Shown piece after piece: positions 12,403 to 25,724 of a stretch of 64,000 nt of DNA; within the stretch, counting starts at the first letter, position 1, and every line of letters begins with the position of its first letter. A program made the translations under genes and the position numbers. Location: positions 66,404,001 through 66,468,000 of the forward strand of contig NW_024704742.1 in assembly GCF_018977255.1 (NCBI RefSeq), in the 5' to 3' direction. The stretch is from Callorhinchus milii. Its lineage: Eukaryota. The notes under the pieces are model-generated. The model ran no database searches. It was given only the letters and a program-made list of their open reading frames with translations, and was not told where the DNA came from.

Positions 12403-12871
12403 CATAGTAGCCAATTTGTGCACATCAATGTCCCGCAAACAGTTATGAGGTGAATGAACGATTGTAACTGGGGATTGTTGACCAGGACACAGGGAGAAAC
12501 TGCCCTTTTGGGTGCCATGAGATCTTTAATAATAATAATAATCCTTACATTTGGTATGGCACATTTTGCATCAGGAGGACATCCCAAAGCACTTCACAGG
12601 ATACACTATAAAGTACAGTAACTGTGCTATGTGGGCCAATGCAGCAGCCAATTTATTATTATTATAATTAATTTCCACATAAAAGATAGTGATGGTTTGT
12701 TTTTCCAATACAAGAGTATTGTTTATTTTTGATTAGTATTGAATATTATTCTTGATAATATTGATTNAAATATGATTAAGATGCACTTTTATGAAGCTCA
12801 TATTCATTAATTTTGTTTGAAAAAGACTTTACATTTTCAATTTTGTTTAGAATTAAAGGAATGTTCATTAT

Positions 12872-13179
12872 ATAATAATAATCCTTGCATTTGATATAGC
12901 GCTTTTCACATCTTCTCGACGTCTCAAAGCACTTCGCAGAATAGACTGTAAAGTGAATTGACCGTATATTTGTGGGTGAAATGCGGCAGCCAATTGCGCA
13001 CAGCAATGTCCCACAAACAGTTGTGAATTGAAATGACCAATTTATTATTGTTTTTGGAGAGATTATTATTAGGCGTGTGGAGTAAGAACACTTGCCCAAG
13101 GTTTCGCCCTCTGCCTGGAATTGAATTCAGGTGTCTCGCTTGCAGGGCAAGTACTCTAACCACTGAGCTACAGGGCTCC
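12872..13179 (-). mobile_element. Young tRNA-SINE, full-length short version
   Basis: Minus-strand head GGAGCCCTGTAGCTCAGTGGTTAGAG, tail TCAAATGCAAGGATTATTATTA. Confidence 0.9.
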
Positions 13180-14465
13180 ACCAATTATTTTATATGATTA
13201 TGAGTACAGCGTGTTTGAAAGACTTTGGCATCCACCAGAAGTGAATGGGTGATATTCCTGTTCACGCAGTCGTTGCATTTTTCATTTAGGAATTTGTGCT
13301 TGCCAGATGGTTTAAATTTTGCCCAACAGCCTTTGCATTGTCTCCATTGCCATGCTCCACGATGCTTTATCTATTGGTACTGTATTGCAAAGAGAGGTCA
13401 GCACACTGGGTAATGATGGCTGGCAGCCCACAGTCGGCTGCTTAGACGATGGAAATCTGTGCAGTAATCCTGCCAGATTTGCAATCCAGCTAAATCTTCC
13501 TTTTACACTTGCAAAAAGTTTGTATTTTGTTGTTGCAAATAGCCACCTACATAAAATCTATTTTGAGCAGTTTCACAGCAGAGAAGGCGATCGTGATCGG
13601 GAATACCTATTCACTACTGTTTTCCTATCAATTAGTTGACATTGCTTGTCGCTTGTTTTTCTTGGCTGCCTAAAAGTTTGATTTTAGAGTTGGAGTGTTT
13701 CCATGCATTTTTGTGCATGTATGTATTGTGGTGGGAATTTCTTACAAGAAGCATTTGTACTCTTTTGCAAAATTAATTCCTTCTGGTAGCGAGACTAAGT
13801 CTTAGTAACCTTGATATGTACCTTTATTAGAATGAATCATCTTGCTGTTTTGTATAGCTTACTCTTGTTCAATGGTCATTATTGCTTTTGTTATCCATAA
13901 CCTGCAAAAAGGGGCATTTGTGCGGTTGATGTAGAATAGGAATGTCATTCTGATTTGGCAATGTTCTTTTATTATTCGGTAGAAGGTTGTGGATTTGATG
14001 CACGGACAGGAATTGAGTTGCTAATCTTGGCTGCTAATCTTACAGATATTTAACGTATGTTTTACAGTCTTACTGGCCTTTCCCAGCACAACTGGAGTAG
14101 CAGTGCAACTGTCTCCCATTAAATACGTCCACGTCGCACAATTATTTAAACTTAAACTAGTTCCTCTTCCCCATCCAAAGAAGAAGTAATGCTGGATAAA
14201 TGCTAGCACTATTGCTGCTGCAGTGTCCTGAATGTCACACCATTGCCTGCCGACGTCTGCTGTATTTCAGATTTTTTGAAAATGCTTTAGTGGTGCATTG
14301 AGTAGTGTTGTGCTTCGGGATGTAATACAGCGAATCATGATTACCTGCGATAGTGGTAAAGTGGATTTTATACATTCAAGGCCTAAATATTGTAACAATT
14401 ATATTGACTCACTATATAGAATGACTCACAGTGTTGCAGCATATAGACTTCAAAACCCTCATCCT

Positions 14466-14830
14466 GGAGTCCTGTAACTCAGTGGTTAGGGGCCTCGCAA
14501 GCGACAGGACCTGGGTTTGATTCCCGGGCAGGGTGAAACCTTAGGTAAGTTTCCTTACTCCATACGCCTCTATTTACCTAGCAGTAAGTAGGTACCTGGT
14601 TGTTAGTCGATTGGCAGATCGGTTTTCTCGGGGTAATAATCCCTCCAAAAAAAATGTAGTCTCTCAATCCACGGCCGTTCGTATGACACTGCTGTGCACA
14701 ATTAGCTGCTGTGTTTCACCCACAAAATATATAGTTAATTTACTTGACAGTATATTCTGTGAAACACTTTGAAACATCTCTAAGATGTGATAAGGCGCTA
14801 GATCGAATGCAAGGATTATTTTTATTTATT
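14466..14830 (+). mobile_element. Young tRNA-SINE, full-length long version
   Basis: GGAGTCCTGTAACTCAGTGG head, B-box-like GGTTTGATTCC, extra internal segment 14570-14633, tail TGCAAGGATTATT. Confidence 0.9.
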
Positions 14831-17800
14831 ATAATTTCACAGTTTTACCCCTCCATATAATTGCAAGCTATAGCTTAATTTGCATGGAATTTCGCAACGG
14901 TTCATGCTTTTGTTTATACCTGACATGAGCCCCGTCCCTTCTTCTCTCCTATACCATTCTCCCTCACGCGTGCATCAGGTTTTCTCTTTTATAAATTGAT
15001 GTTTCAACTGCAGCTTCCGGCAGTGCGATCCACATTCTCATCATCCTTTGTGTGCTGCTCCTCCTAAACCTTCTGTTAGATCTACTGCTAATATCGGATA
15101 TTTATACCCCCTCAATTTGGAAATTTATTGCTTCTGACTTTAATAATGTAGCACATTTGAGAGAATTTCCTTCAATTATTTTGGTCCAATAGATCAAAGC
15201 TAGAAGGTTCTCAAACCATAGTTCCACCATTCTAAGTCCAGTCCTCTGACCTGACTTGTAAAATACATGTGTGAATTGTTGTGAGCTTTGAAAGGTGTCA
15301 TTAATTCATTTTGCTTTCAAAACCCTCTTAAAAATGTATCTTTGCTCAACACCTGAAAATATTACTAAGTGATCCCCTACTGTCAATGTGATGTTCAAGA
15401 TGTTTATCGTACATGAAATGTGTTACTTAGCGTAAGTTATTCTTATATGCAACCATTCACAATGTTCAGGATTAGACCTTGCAATAAAACTTGTGCTTAA
15501 AAAGTCTACGTTTTTGAGGGGAACAGCGCGATTACACTTAGTAGAGGTGTTTTGAGATGAGTCCTGATAAGAATGAAATGTAAATCTTCATAGTGAAGCA
15601 CTTTGGAAAGTGAGATTGCAGAATGTTAATGCACAACAACAGGTCATTCAGCCCATTGAGTCTGTTCTGGTGGTTTTGTCCACATGAACCACCTAATAGG
15701 ATCCCACTTTCCTGATCGCCTCTTACCCTATTTTTCATGCATCCTATTAAGAATGGGCCATAAATGTTTCAGAATTTTTCTTCCCTGTTAGGTTGCACAA
15801 AGTTTTTTTTCCTTTTCTCTATCTCTCTCCCATTGCCATTAATTGCCCGCACAGTGCCAGCTTTATGGAGGGTTCAAAGTCTAGCAAATATTTTGTAGAA
15901 TGAAACTATGAGAAGGAAATTGCCTCCCTGTTCCATCAGTTCTATGTCTAGGTCACTCAAAGCCATCTGTTGCTGATTAGAATAGAAGCTCCTGTGCTAT
16001 ATTAAACTTACCAGACTTGTTCGGAAAGGTGTTTTAGAGACAAAAAATGATGTCTTTAATTATCCTGGAAATGCAATTGAATTGGTGCCATGCCTAACCG
16101 AGTTTACAAATTCTTAAATTTTGTGAGCAACATCCTATCATTGTAGTATAGAGGGCAACAATCTGCCAGAGGTTAATTTCCTGCCATAGATCTGGGGAAA
16201 TTCTACCCAGGGCGGTGATCAAGGAGGTGAAAGCTTGGTTAAAAAGCTACAAAAAAGTACCTTGTTGGACCGAAGATTATATTAAATGAGAAAGTGAGAT
16301 GAAAATCAGCGCAATGCTTGCTATTTTGTGCAGGTCATTAAGACTTGACCTAAAACCAAGTTTTTATATAACAGTGGTAATTTGATATTGTGTGTGTGTG
16401 AGAGAGAGAGAAAACTTCTCCACTATTTTCAGTGACTAGTTTTATATTGAGGGCATGTCCACGGGGTGGCACCTTTCTTACAAGTTAGGTAAAATACCAC
16501 AATTGGATGCTGTGTTCATCCTAACAGTAAAGTTTTTAAATAAAAAATACTGTTCATTGTCACTTGGCTCCTTTTTCAATGTACATTTCTTTCAAAAAAA
16601 AATGTTTGGAGAGAATTACCAAAATACATTACGAACGGAAGTTGTAATTAATCTCTATATACCACACTATATCCGGATTCAAGTATCTAGTACATGTACT
16701 AAGTTTTTCTAATTTGCACCAGAGTATGAATTCCTGTTGCTCGGTCTTCAGTTCAGATGCCCAAGCTGCTGGGGTTGCTTTAGAAATGTTTGGGATCTGC
16801 AATGGGTAGATGTTAGAGTGGGTGGGTATTTTGGAAGAATGAGGTGAAATGGGCCAAATGACCTTTATCCGAATCTCTCATGATCTTTTAATACAATCAA
16901 TGAGCTGATGCATTGCTTCAAATTCAAACCTACCTCTCTCTGAGCAGCAGTCTGGAGAGATGTTATGATTAAAATACAATTGTCTTGTGCCCTGCCATCT
17001 AAGGCATGACCTTGTGTTTTTGAAGGACCATGTATTTTGCTTAGCTGCAGATCTCTTCTTGGCGCCTGGAGAGATTTCAAGTGCATGATAGTGCATTGTC
17101 CCATGGCTAAAGCAATCCACAACCTCCATTTAAATGTTTTTTTATTTCACTGTGCTTATGCTGGTGGTTGAGCTGGTGGTTGGGATCAGGAAGGCAGGGA
17201 GGGTTGGGGTAGAATGGTGACCAAAGGCACGGTCGAAGAGGAGGGTCTTGAAGGAGGCAAGGGAGGGAGTGAGGCGAAGGGACTATGGGATGGAGTTCCA
17301 AAGGGTGGGGGAAGAGACCGAAGGCCTGTCCGTCGATGGTGTGGCGGGCCAAGTGTTAAGGATTGAGTTGCTTTCAATGGACAGTGATACAATTAAATAA
17401 TCCGTGTATTTTTTGAACAGTTATCCCTAGAGCATTTCGTTCAAACCTTTTCTTCCACTCTTTCCTCTCCCTTACTTTCCAGTACTTCTTGGTACAATGT
17501 CACTTATTTCACCTCTAGTTCATCCACTCTATTCAGGAATTATGAAAGAAAGGCCTTGCTGTTACAATTTTAATCTGCTGGCCAGCCACCTGACAGTAGG
17601 GCATTAATATTTCTAAGGCAAACCCTTGCTTGTGAAAGCTTTTAAACATTTTAGTGCAGCTCTTCTCTGCAGCCTTATTCACATAAAAGAAGTCTTTTAT
17701 CTCTGCTGACGAGCCCTGGCATTAATTAGTAACAGTTAATTCCTGAATATGTTTTTTCATGCCAAATGCAACCTCATTCTTAACAGGAAATTGACTGTAA

Positions 17801-18654
17801 AATTATTTGCAGCATTTTGATGTCTGTTTTTCCTCCCCTCTTTCCCCATTCCATTCACCAGTGGCGTAAGTTACATAATAGTGTTTGTCGATTTGAAATG
17901 TTAATGCTCTTCAGGCAATTCATTCTTGCTGCCCTTTCTTCCTCGCATTGAAGAAAACTGACGAAGTGTAGAATATCTCATTATTGATGTGCCTGAGTTC
18001 TGGTTGCTGTTTGCTGAAGTGCAGCAGCAGATTATGCCAACATTTCTGTGTGTTCAAAGTGCCCACACTCCCAAGACTTACTGCTTGCCACGCACTTGTG
18101 TGCACGCTATTCACATCATATTTGGATTGTTTTCAAAACCCCTTTGCCTATAGGATTTCTCAACGACTTTGCCTTGTTGCCCATTCGCACCATGAGATAC
18201 TCTGGAGTTGGGCGTGAAGCAAGACAGATGTAATGCTGGAAGACTTGACTCCCTCTTGTCAAATTCTTTCCCTGATGCCTCAGTCCTTCCTATTTCCTGA
18301 CTTATGGTTATTTTCCAGTCTGTCTGCTGACGTCAGCATTAGATGAAAACCGCCAAAGCTTTCCACTTTAGAAGTTGGGCTTGAGCTCCCATATATGAAG
18401 TGTTGTAACTCACTGAGCTGTAGAGCCCATCTCAGGAAGTGTTCAAATGGTATGAGTGTAGTGTTGGTTTCATCAATCGCCTTTAAACAGTAAAGGTTGT
18501 CGTCTTGTTCCATTTCAGAAATGACTCCCTCACATCAGATATTTCTTCGGCAGCAGAAATGAGTGATTGGTTGATATTGTGCAGAGACACTTGCCCATAA
18601 ACCTCAATTTGTTACCGGAGTGTTACCAGTTCCTGGGGCTCTGCCAATAGTATC

Positions 18655-18872
18655 CTGGCTAGTTAGACTCCAGCAGTACTCCAACACACACTCTGGCGTC
18701 CCCAAGCCTTGGCTCTTCCACCCTGTGCCGAATACTTTCCAGAATTAGGTAATCAGGATGTGTCCCTCCAGGGAGAGAGAGCAGATTCCATCCCAACAAT
18801 CTGTCTCTGGGATTTCCATGTGTGGGTGGGATACATGGAATTCTTAGTTTGGTTTGGATACTCTTAAGCATA
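18655..18872 (-). repeat. Unclassified old interspersed repeat (family X)
   Basis: Reverse-complement similarity to 39118-39330 (CCCCAAGCCTTGGCTCTT, TTTGGATACTCTTAAG). Confidence 0.7.
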
Positions 18873-19908
18873 TTCTTGAATATTGCTTACTTTTCTTGTT
18901 TGGCATTTGGTTTCAAGGCCTACTCCCCGGTACTTGAAGAGAGAAGGCTAGTCTGTGGCTAGCAATAGTCGAATGTTCAGGATGGCTTTTTGTTACTTAT
19001 TCTAAATTTGGTAAATTGTCCAAAATGGAAGGCGGGCATTTTTAAGATTTGATGCTGTTGCAATGCGTCTTCTTACCATCACAAATGGCTAATTTTTCTG
19101 TTTGGTTGACTTCAGCGGTGACTCAGTACGTATCGTATGGGCTTGTGGTTTTGTGGCCATGACATTGCACAAGTGTATTTGCAACTTGTGCCGGACGAGC
19201 TATTTGAGTAAATTCTGATGCAGCATTGATCATGGTTCATGCTGTATTTGAATGCTAACCTTCGTTTGATTGGCATCTGATTAAAATTTGCTTTACAAAG
19301 CAGGATATTGATCCCCTATCGTGTCGCATTTGATGCACAGCATGCCATTTTCAAACAGTGCCCCTTTCATTGCCTCAACCTAGTTGCGATCAATGGTGAT
19401 CTTAACCGGGGTGTATATCCTCATTTACCCAGGCTTGCACTAAAGGGTTGGACTTGCATTGTCCTATTTTGAGAGCTAAGACTTTTTCAAATTTGCAAAG
19501 GTGCCTCTGCTCTAACATAGATTGCAAGAAATGTCATTTATCTAAAGGGAAATGACGAATTCAGAATTGTTGAATTGTGCTAAAAATCTGCTTGTTATAT
19601 TTGGGCACAGAAGTGCCTACAGCTAACCAAGGGTTAAATATGCTAACATTAATTTAACAATCCTTCACTCTCATATCCTCTGTACAATGTAGGAATATAT
19701 CCACCTAGATCAGAACTGTTGGGAATATCATGAGGTTCTCTAATCAAAGTAAATGGATTTTATTAAAAACTTGTATGTGACTGGAATTTTAGTTGTGTAT
19801 GTTTTGCTCACTGGGGGCAGGGACTCTACCCACTCTGTTCCTGTTAATCCAGGGAGATGTGCATTCCATTACACATCTGGAATTTTCACGTATAGGTGGG
19901 ATGCATGA

Positions 19909-20150
19909 AACTCTGAAATAAAAACAGAAGTCGCTGGGAACACGCAGCAGGTCAGGCAGCATCTACGAAGAGAGGAACATGAGTTAATGTTTCAGGTCTA
20001 TGACCTTTCGTTGAAAGTTCTGACGTAAGGTCATAAACCTGAAACGTTAACTCATTTTCCTCTCCACAGATGCTACCTGACCTGCTGCGTGTCCCCAGCA
20101 ACTTCTGTTTTTATTTCAGAGTTCCAGCATCTGCGGTATTTTGCCTTTTG
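19909..20150. mobile_element. Palindromic Penelope-like pLTR remnant with hammerhead-like motif, nested in family X
   Basis: About 105-bp inverted arms (AAATAAAAACAGAAGTCGCTGGG...CCCAGCAACTTCTGTTTTTATTT); CTGACG..AGGT-cataa-ACCT-GAAACGTT near the centre. Confidence 0.75.
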
Positions 20151-21139
20151 CATGGAATTCTGTTTGGTTTGGATATTCTTAAGCATGGTGTTTCCGCATG
20201 TGTCAGACACCCGGCTGACCAAAAAAAAAGCTTTTGCAATGTGAGAACCTGAGCGGTTATAGTTCACCAGTGGGCCAGTTCCATCACTTGTTGGTTCACT
20301 TCCTCTGGAGAGTTAGTGTCATCTGAAAGCCTTGTATCATTTATAATACAAGGCTCTTAGGATAATAAGCAGGTCTGTGGAGATTTCCAGCTCCACGGGA
20401 TACCTGGTTCTGAACGTTTCCAGCTGCACACTATTGAAAACCATGTTAATTACAGCAATTTCCATTGATATAGCGCCTTTCATGGCGGGAGGAAAGTTTT
20501 GCAGCACAGCTGATTGGGAGGCTGGCCGGCCGGGCGGGTGGGGATCTGGACAGTATGGTTGACATTGCAGTAATAAAGCTCTCAAGCAGGATGGGTTTAA
20601 TGTGATTAATTGGAGCACTAACACATGCACAAAACAGAATTCCTACTAAAAATGAAACCTTTTATAATCTTAACTCATACTCGTTCTGATGCTTTTTTCT
20701 TTGTCGCCTCCCCAGTCTGGTTATTTCTTATCTTGCATTTCCCACATTCTTCCCACCATTTCATTTTGCTTTTCTTTGTTCAATATGGGCATCACAGGCA
20801 GGTTTTGCAACTGATGAAAAGCTAACTGATGGACAAATCAAGATGAGGATAATAATTTGATATGGCAAGCCGCTTTGCATGATTTACTATAACGTGTTGT
20901 GATTGCATTTTGTAGGAAAATACAGCAGCCAATTTACACACAGCAAGCAGAACTGAAGTAAAAGCCCAATTTTATTGCTGGCCAGGATACCTGGAGAAAC
21001 TCGGAACAGGCAGGTTAACGTCTCATCTGAAAGATGGCACCTCCGACAATGTTGTATTCTCCCAGCATTGCAATGGAATATCAGCCTAGACTGAATTAAA
21101 AGTCTAAAAAGTGGGGTTTGGCCAATCGACCTTCCAACT

Positions 21140-21681
21140 GAGGCAGGCTTTATAAATAGGGGCATAGAGTACAAGAGTCAGGAGGTTATGATTAACCTAT
21201 ATAAAACACTGGTTAGGCCTCAGTTAGAATACTGCGCCCAGTTCATTGGAAAGGGTGCAGACGAGATTTTCGAGGATAGTACCAGGAATGAGGGACCTTG
21301 ATTATGAGGAAAGGCACGAGAGGTTAGGATTATTCTCATTGGAGCAGAGAAGGTTACGAGGTCTTCAAAATCATGAGGGGATTTGATAGGTTAGAAAGGG
21401 AAAAACTGTTTCCACTGGTGGGTGTGTCAGTGACTTGAGGTCACAGATTCAAAATAGTCTCCAAAAGAAGCAGAGGGGAGGTGAGAAGAAATGTTTTCAC
21501 GCAGCGACTTGTTCGAATCTGGAATGCATTGCCTGAAAGGGTGGTCGAGGCCGATTCGATAACTACTTTTAAAAACGCGGTGGATGGATGTTTGAGGAGG
21601 ACGGGTTTGCAGAGTTATGGGGAAAGGGCTGGGGAGTGGGACTGACATTAATTGCTCTCTTTTGTGCTGTATGATTCTATG
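21140..21681 (+). mobile_element. Young CR1 LINE 3' fragment
   Basis: Encodes GFINRGIEYKSQEVMINLYKTLVRPQLEYC and ends in GATTCTATG; near-identical inverse of 27531-28150 with small deletions. Confidence 0.9.
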
Positions 21682-21809
21682 AATGCCTCTGTCTGAGCCA
21701 GGCTGACTCCAGAGGCACTTTGCTGATGGCTTAGTGGTAGGCGATCAGGCTCGGTTGGTATACCTTCTACCATTAAGTCGAGCGTACCGCAGTAGAAGGA
21801 AAGAAATAC

Positions 21810-22530
21810 AATAATAATTTGCATTTATATAGCGCCCTTCATGCAGGACAGTGTCTCGGAGCACTTAACAATGGCGGACCTTGACACCGTGCTGGGGGGA
21901 AGTGACTGTAGGCATGGTTGAAGAGGAAGGTCTTTAGGTGTGATCTGAATACAGGCAAGGAGGAGGTGATGCAGAAAGTTGCATAGTTTCAGGGCAGAGC
22001 ATGGCTGCCGATGGTGAGGTGGAGGGGACGAGGGACGTGCAGGAGGCTGGAGCCAGTTGAGCGGAGGAGGTTGGTTGTGGATGTGGGAGTAAGCAGTTCG
22101 GAGAGGTAGGGAAGTGCCAGGGCATGAAGTGATTTATATGCGAGTGAGGATCTTGAAATCTACTTGTTTTGCAAGAGGGAGCTAGTGGAGCCTAGCAAGG
22201 ACTGGGGTGATGGGGATACAGAGTTTAGTGTGGGTGAGGATTGGGTGGCAGAGTTTTAATCAATTGTGTTTTATGAACAGTGGAGCTGGGGAGACCAGTA
22301 AAGAGGGCAGTGGTATACTTGAAGTGGGAGGTGACAAATGCGTGGGTAAGGGTTACGACTGAGTGTATGTGGTCATAGCCTAGCAGAGGTGGAGGAAAAG
22401 TTCCTGGTCAGGGACTGGATGTGGGCTCGGAAGGACAACTGGGAATTGAACCTGATACTTAGGTTGCGCACCCGTTCAATGAGTTTGAGGCATAGGTTTG
22501 GGAGGTTAAGGAGTTTGGAGCCGCAGTTAG
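21810..22530 (-). mobile_element. L2-type LINE 3' fragment, decayed
   Basis: Minus translation RNLSIRFNSQLSFRAHIQSLTR resembles the L2 ORF2 NLGVxFDxxLSFxxHI motif; tail GGCGCTATATAAATGCAA. Confidence 0.7.
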
Positions 22531-23929
22531 AAGACCTTGACAGGAATTGCGGAGTATAACAGTAAAATTCATTCAGGAAGGGAGGCCAGAAAATTGGTAG
22601 CAAATAAGAATGAAAGTGACCAGGCCAATCACTGACTCTTATTTTTGCATCTAAGAGGATCATCGGAACTCTGTCCCTGAAATACTGCAAGGTACAAATG
22701 TGTGATCTCATCCTCGATGCTTGCAAGGGTTAAAGGATGCAGCTCAACTAACATTAAACAAACTAAACAACAACTTGCATTCATATAGCACTCTTTATAA
22801 TAATAATAATAATTATGCGGGGAGCGCTTAACAGTGGTGGAGCCTGATACCGAGCTGGGGGAGGGAGAAGGAGGTGACCCTAAGCATGGTTGAAAAGGAA
22901 ACTTCAGTCGTGATTGGAAGGAGGGGGCAAGGCAGAGGGAATGGGGAAAAGAAACCAAAGGTATCTTTGCATTCACGGCAATGGGATCTGATTTTGCACC
23001 CCCGTTGCTGCAACCAACCATTGTACTCAACGTTTACTATAAGGTTTGCTGTTTGGAGACCTCTTATTCCAAAAGGGCAGCCATGTAATGGTAAACCAGG
23101 AAATTAAAATAAATATTTAAAATAAATAAAAGTTTTAAGTACCCATATTTAAACATTGTGTACAGAGTGGACTAAATGACTACATTTCAGTTTGTCATGT
23201 AGCATCTTAATAGCTGCACTTTTTCTAAGTGTTTGCACTCAGCTAACTTTCGAGTCCTTACACAGCTGGAAGTACAGTACTAATGTGTTCCTGTGCAGTA
23301 TTTCTTTTTGGGGGATAAACATCTTCTTCAGAAGTTAAAAGAAATGGAAGTAAATGCGTTATAAACCTATAAACTTAGCTAAATAACTTGTCTGTTCAAG
23401 CAAGGTGAAAGTTGTTACTCTAGTTTTCTGAATGCCTTTTGAGTGGCTTCAAATAGCTGTGGGTGACGAGACGCAGAGGACTAAGGCACTGTAATGTACA
23501 CCCAATGAAAGGGAGTCAACTGCAGAATGATTGCTCCAGCAGATAAGTTGTATTAAGGATTTTGTTCAATGTTCCACCCAAACTAATTGCAAGAGAGTCT
23601 GGCCCTTGGGCACTTGGTTGCTGAGATGGATGAACTTTACCACCTGTAGAAACTTAAAACGGGAATGTTTTGCAGGAGCCCGATAAAGTACGAACATATT
23701 GTAACAACAAATTGAAGGGTGTGTGAATATGCAAGTTTTGTTTAGTTGAATTCCAGGGTGGGGGATGCACTTTTGCCTGTGGGTCAAAAAGTTGTGAGTT
23801 GAAGCTGTAGGATTTGTGTTTGCATTGAACAACCAAATTGTTTTTTTTAAATCTGAGGACTTGTTGGCTAATACACCAGAGTAAAAACTCCCTTTTGCAT
23901 AGTATCATGAGATCTTTAACTGCACTCCG

Positions 23930-24515
23930 TTGCAGTACTGAGTGCTGTATCGTTGGAGTTGCTGTCGTTCAGAATCAACATTAAAACAAAAGGTCTACCT
24001 TCCTGTTTAGCTCATGGTTAAAGATCCCATGACATTATTTTGAAGAGAAGCAGAACATTTCTCTCGTGTCCAAACCAATATTCCTCTTAATTCTGCGGCT
24101 ATATTGGCTCAATTGGCAGCACACACCTCCGAATCAGATTATGGCTTCAAAACCTATGTTGACTTTGAGCTGAAGGTCTATGTTGACAATGAAATGAAAA
24201 GGAAATTTTATTGGAGATTCCAAGGGTTCAGACTTTAAACCGTGGTCCTTTCCAAGTGTTCAGGTGAATATTAAAGATCCCATGACATTTGAAAATGAAA
24301 AGTTATTCCCGGTGCAATGGCTGACAATCCTCCAGATATAAATAAATTGTTTTTTTAGCTTCTGGCAGTTTGTGGGACATTGCTGTGTGCAAGTTGGCCG
24401 CTGCAGACACTACACTTTACAGAAAACTACAGAAATTGTATTCAGTGAGCTGTGAAGCTCTTTGAGACGTCCTCCTGGAGTGAAAGGTGCTATATAAATG
24501 TAAATTGTTGTTATT
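23930..24515 (+). mobile_element. Two adjacent old Deu-type SINE copies
   Basis: TAAAGATCCCATGACAT occurs twice; GTTTGTGGGACATTGCTGTGTGCAAGTTGGC domain; tail TGAAAGGTGCTATATAAATG. Confidence 0.7.
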
Positions 24516-24944
24516 GGACACCATCCAATGCATTGATCATTGTTAGTATCAAGGTTCATAAAAGATTAATTGTTTCTTCCTCTCACTGATGTTTATAGGA
24601 CATTGCTGTTTTCCTAATATTTAAGCTTTATGTAGCAGCAAGCGATTTACCTGGATCAGTATTGTCTCCCTTGATAATCTCAAAACCTTCAGTTAGGTCA
24701 CTCTGACCCAACATTATTTCTTTTTCCTCTCAAATGAAATTCCTGATATATGGGATTGTTCTCGCTAATCATCTCTACACCTTCTTAAGGACAAGATTAA
24801 AACCTTTGGTTATTGCAAAATCAAGCAGCACACTGTTTTATTGAGTGATGCAAATATGAACCTTCGTCAGCCAGAGATTCACCTTCACTTAGAAGGTCCC
24901 ATGTCTCCAGTTTGGAAAAAGATTTTTTTTTATGCAGTGAGTTA

Positions 24945-25290
24945 TTATAATAATGATAATAATAATAATCTTTGTATTTGATAGAGCGCTTTTCACGTTT
25001 TCTAGACCACAATAAAAAAATTACATTTATATCGGGCTTTTAACGTTGGAAGGACGTCCCAAGGCACTGGATGTCTCAAAGCTCTTGACAGAATATAAAG
25101 TATATACTTATGTATATTTATGGATGAAACGCAGCCGCCAATTGTACACAGCCGTATCCCACAAACAGTCATGGATTGAAGTGACAAATTTATTATTGTT
25201 TTTTTCTTGAGGGATCATTATGAGGTGAGTGGAGTAAGGAAACTTGCCCAAGGTTTTGCCCTTCTGGGAATCGAACCCAGGTCTCTTGCC
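24945..25290 (-). mobile_element. Young tRNA-SINE (short version) with stacked tail fragments
   Basis: GGAATCGAACCCAGG (reverse B-box), GGAAACTTGCCCAAGG, family body and (TAA)n tail. Confidence 0.8.
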
Positions 25291-25294
25291 TGGG

Positions 25295-25510
25295 CCTGAG
25301 TTATTACAATCTGGAATGCACTGCCTGAAAGGGTGGTGGAAGTAGATTCAATAATAACTTTCAAAACGGAATTAGATATTTACTTGAAAAGAAAAAAATT
25401 GCAAGGCTATGGGGACAGAGCGGGGAAGTGGAACTGATTGCAGAGCTCTTTCAAAGAGTCAGAACAGGCACGGTGAGCTGAATGGCCTCCTTCTGTACTG
25501 TAGGATTCCA
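25295..25510 (+). mobile_element. CR1 LINE 3' end
   Basis: TGGAATGCACTGCCTGAAAGGGTGGTGGAA...GAATGGCCTCCTTCTGT. Confidence 0.8.
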
Positions 25511-25724
25511 GCACCCACAATGTTTTCTGGTTGGGTGAAGACTAGGCAAATGCACGTTCGTGCTGCAGCAAAGATTTAAAATAGCTGTCTGGATTCACTA
25601 AAATATTAGAAATGTACAGCATAGAAGCAGGTCTTTCGGCACATCAAGTCTGGACTCTTCCTTCCCCAGAAAGCAGTTTGTTCCCCTGTATGTTGCAGAG
25701 AATATTTAAATTGGCTCTTTCTCT

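Noticed and set aside
12767..12767. Ambiguous base n (also at 62157)
   Set aside because: Assembly ambiguity, not a biological feature.
17920..18560. Coding-like complex sequence with short ORFs on both strands
   Set aside because: No recognisable domain or consistent splice structure; cannot be assigned without a search.
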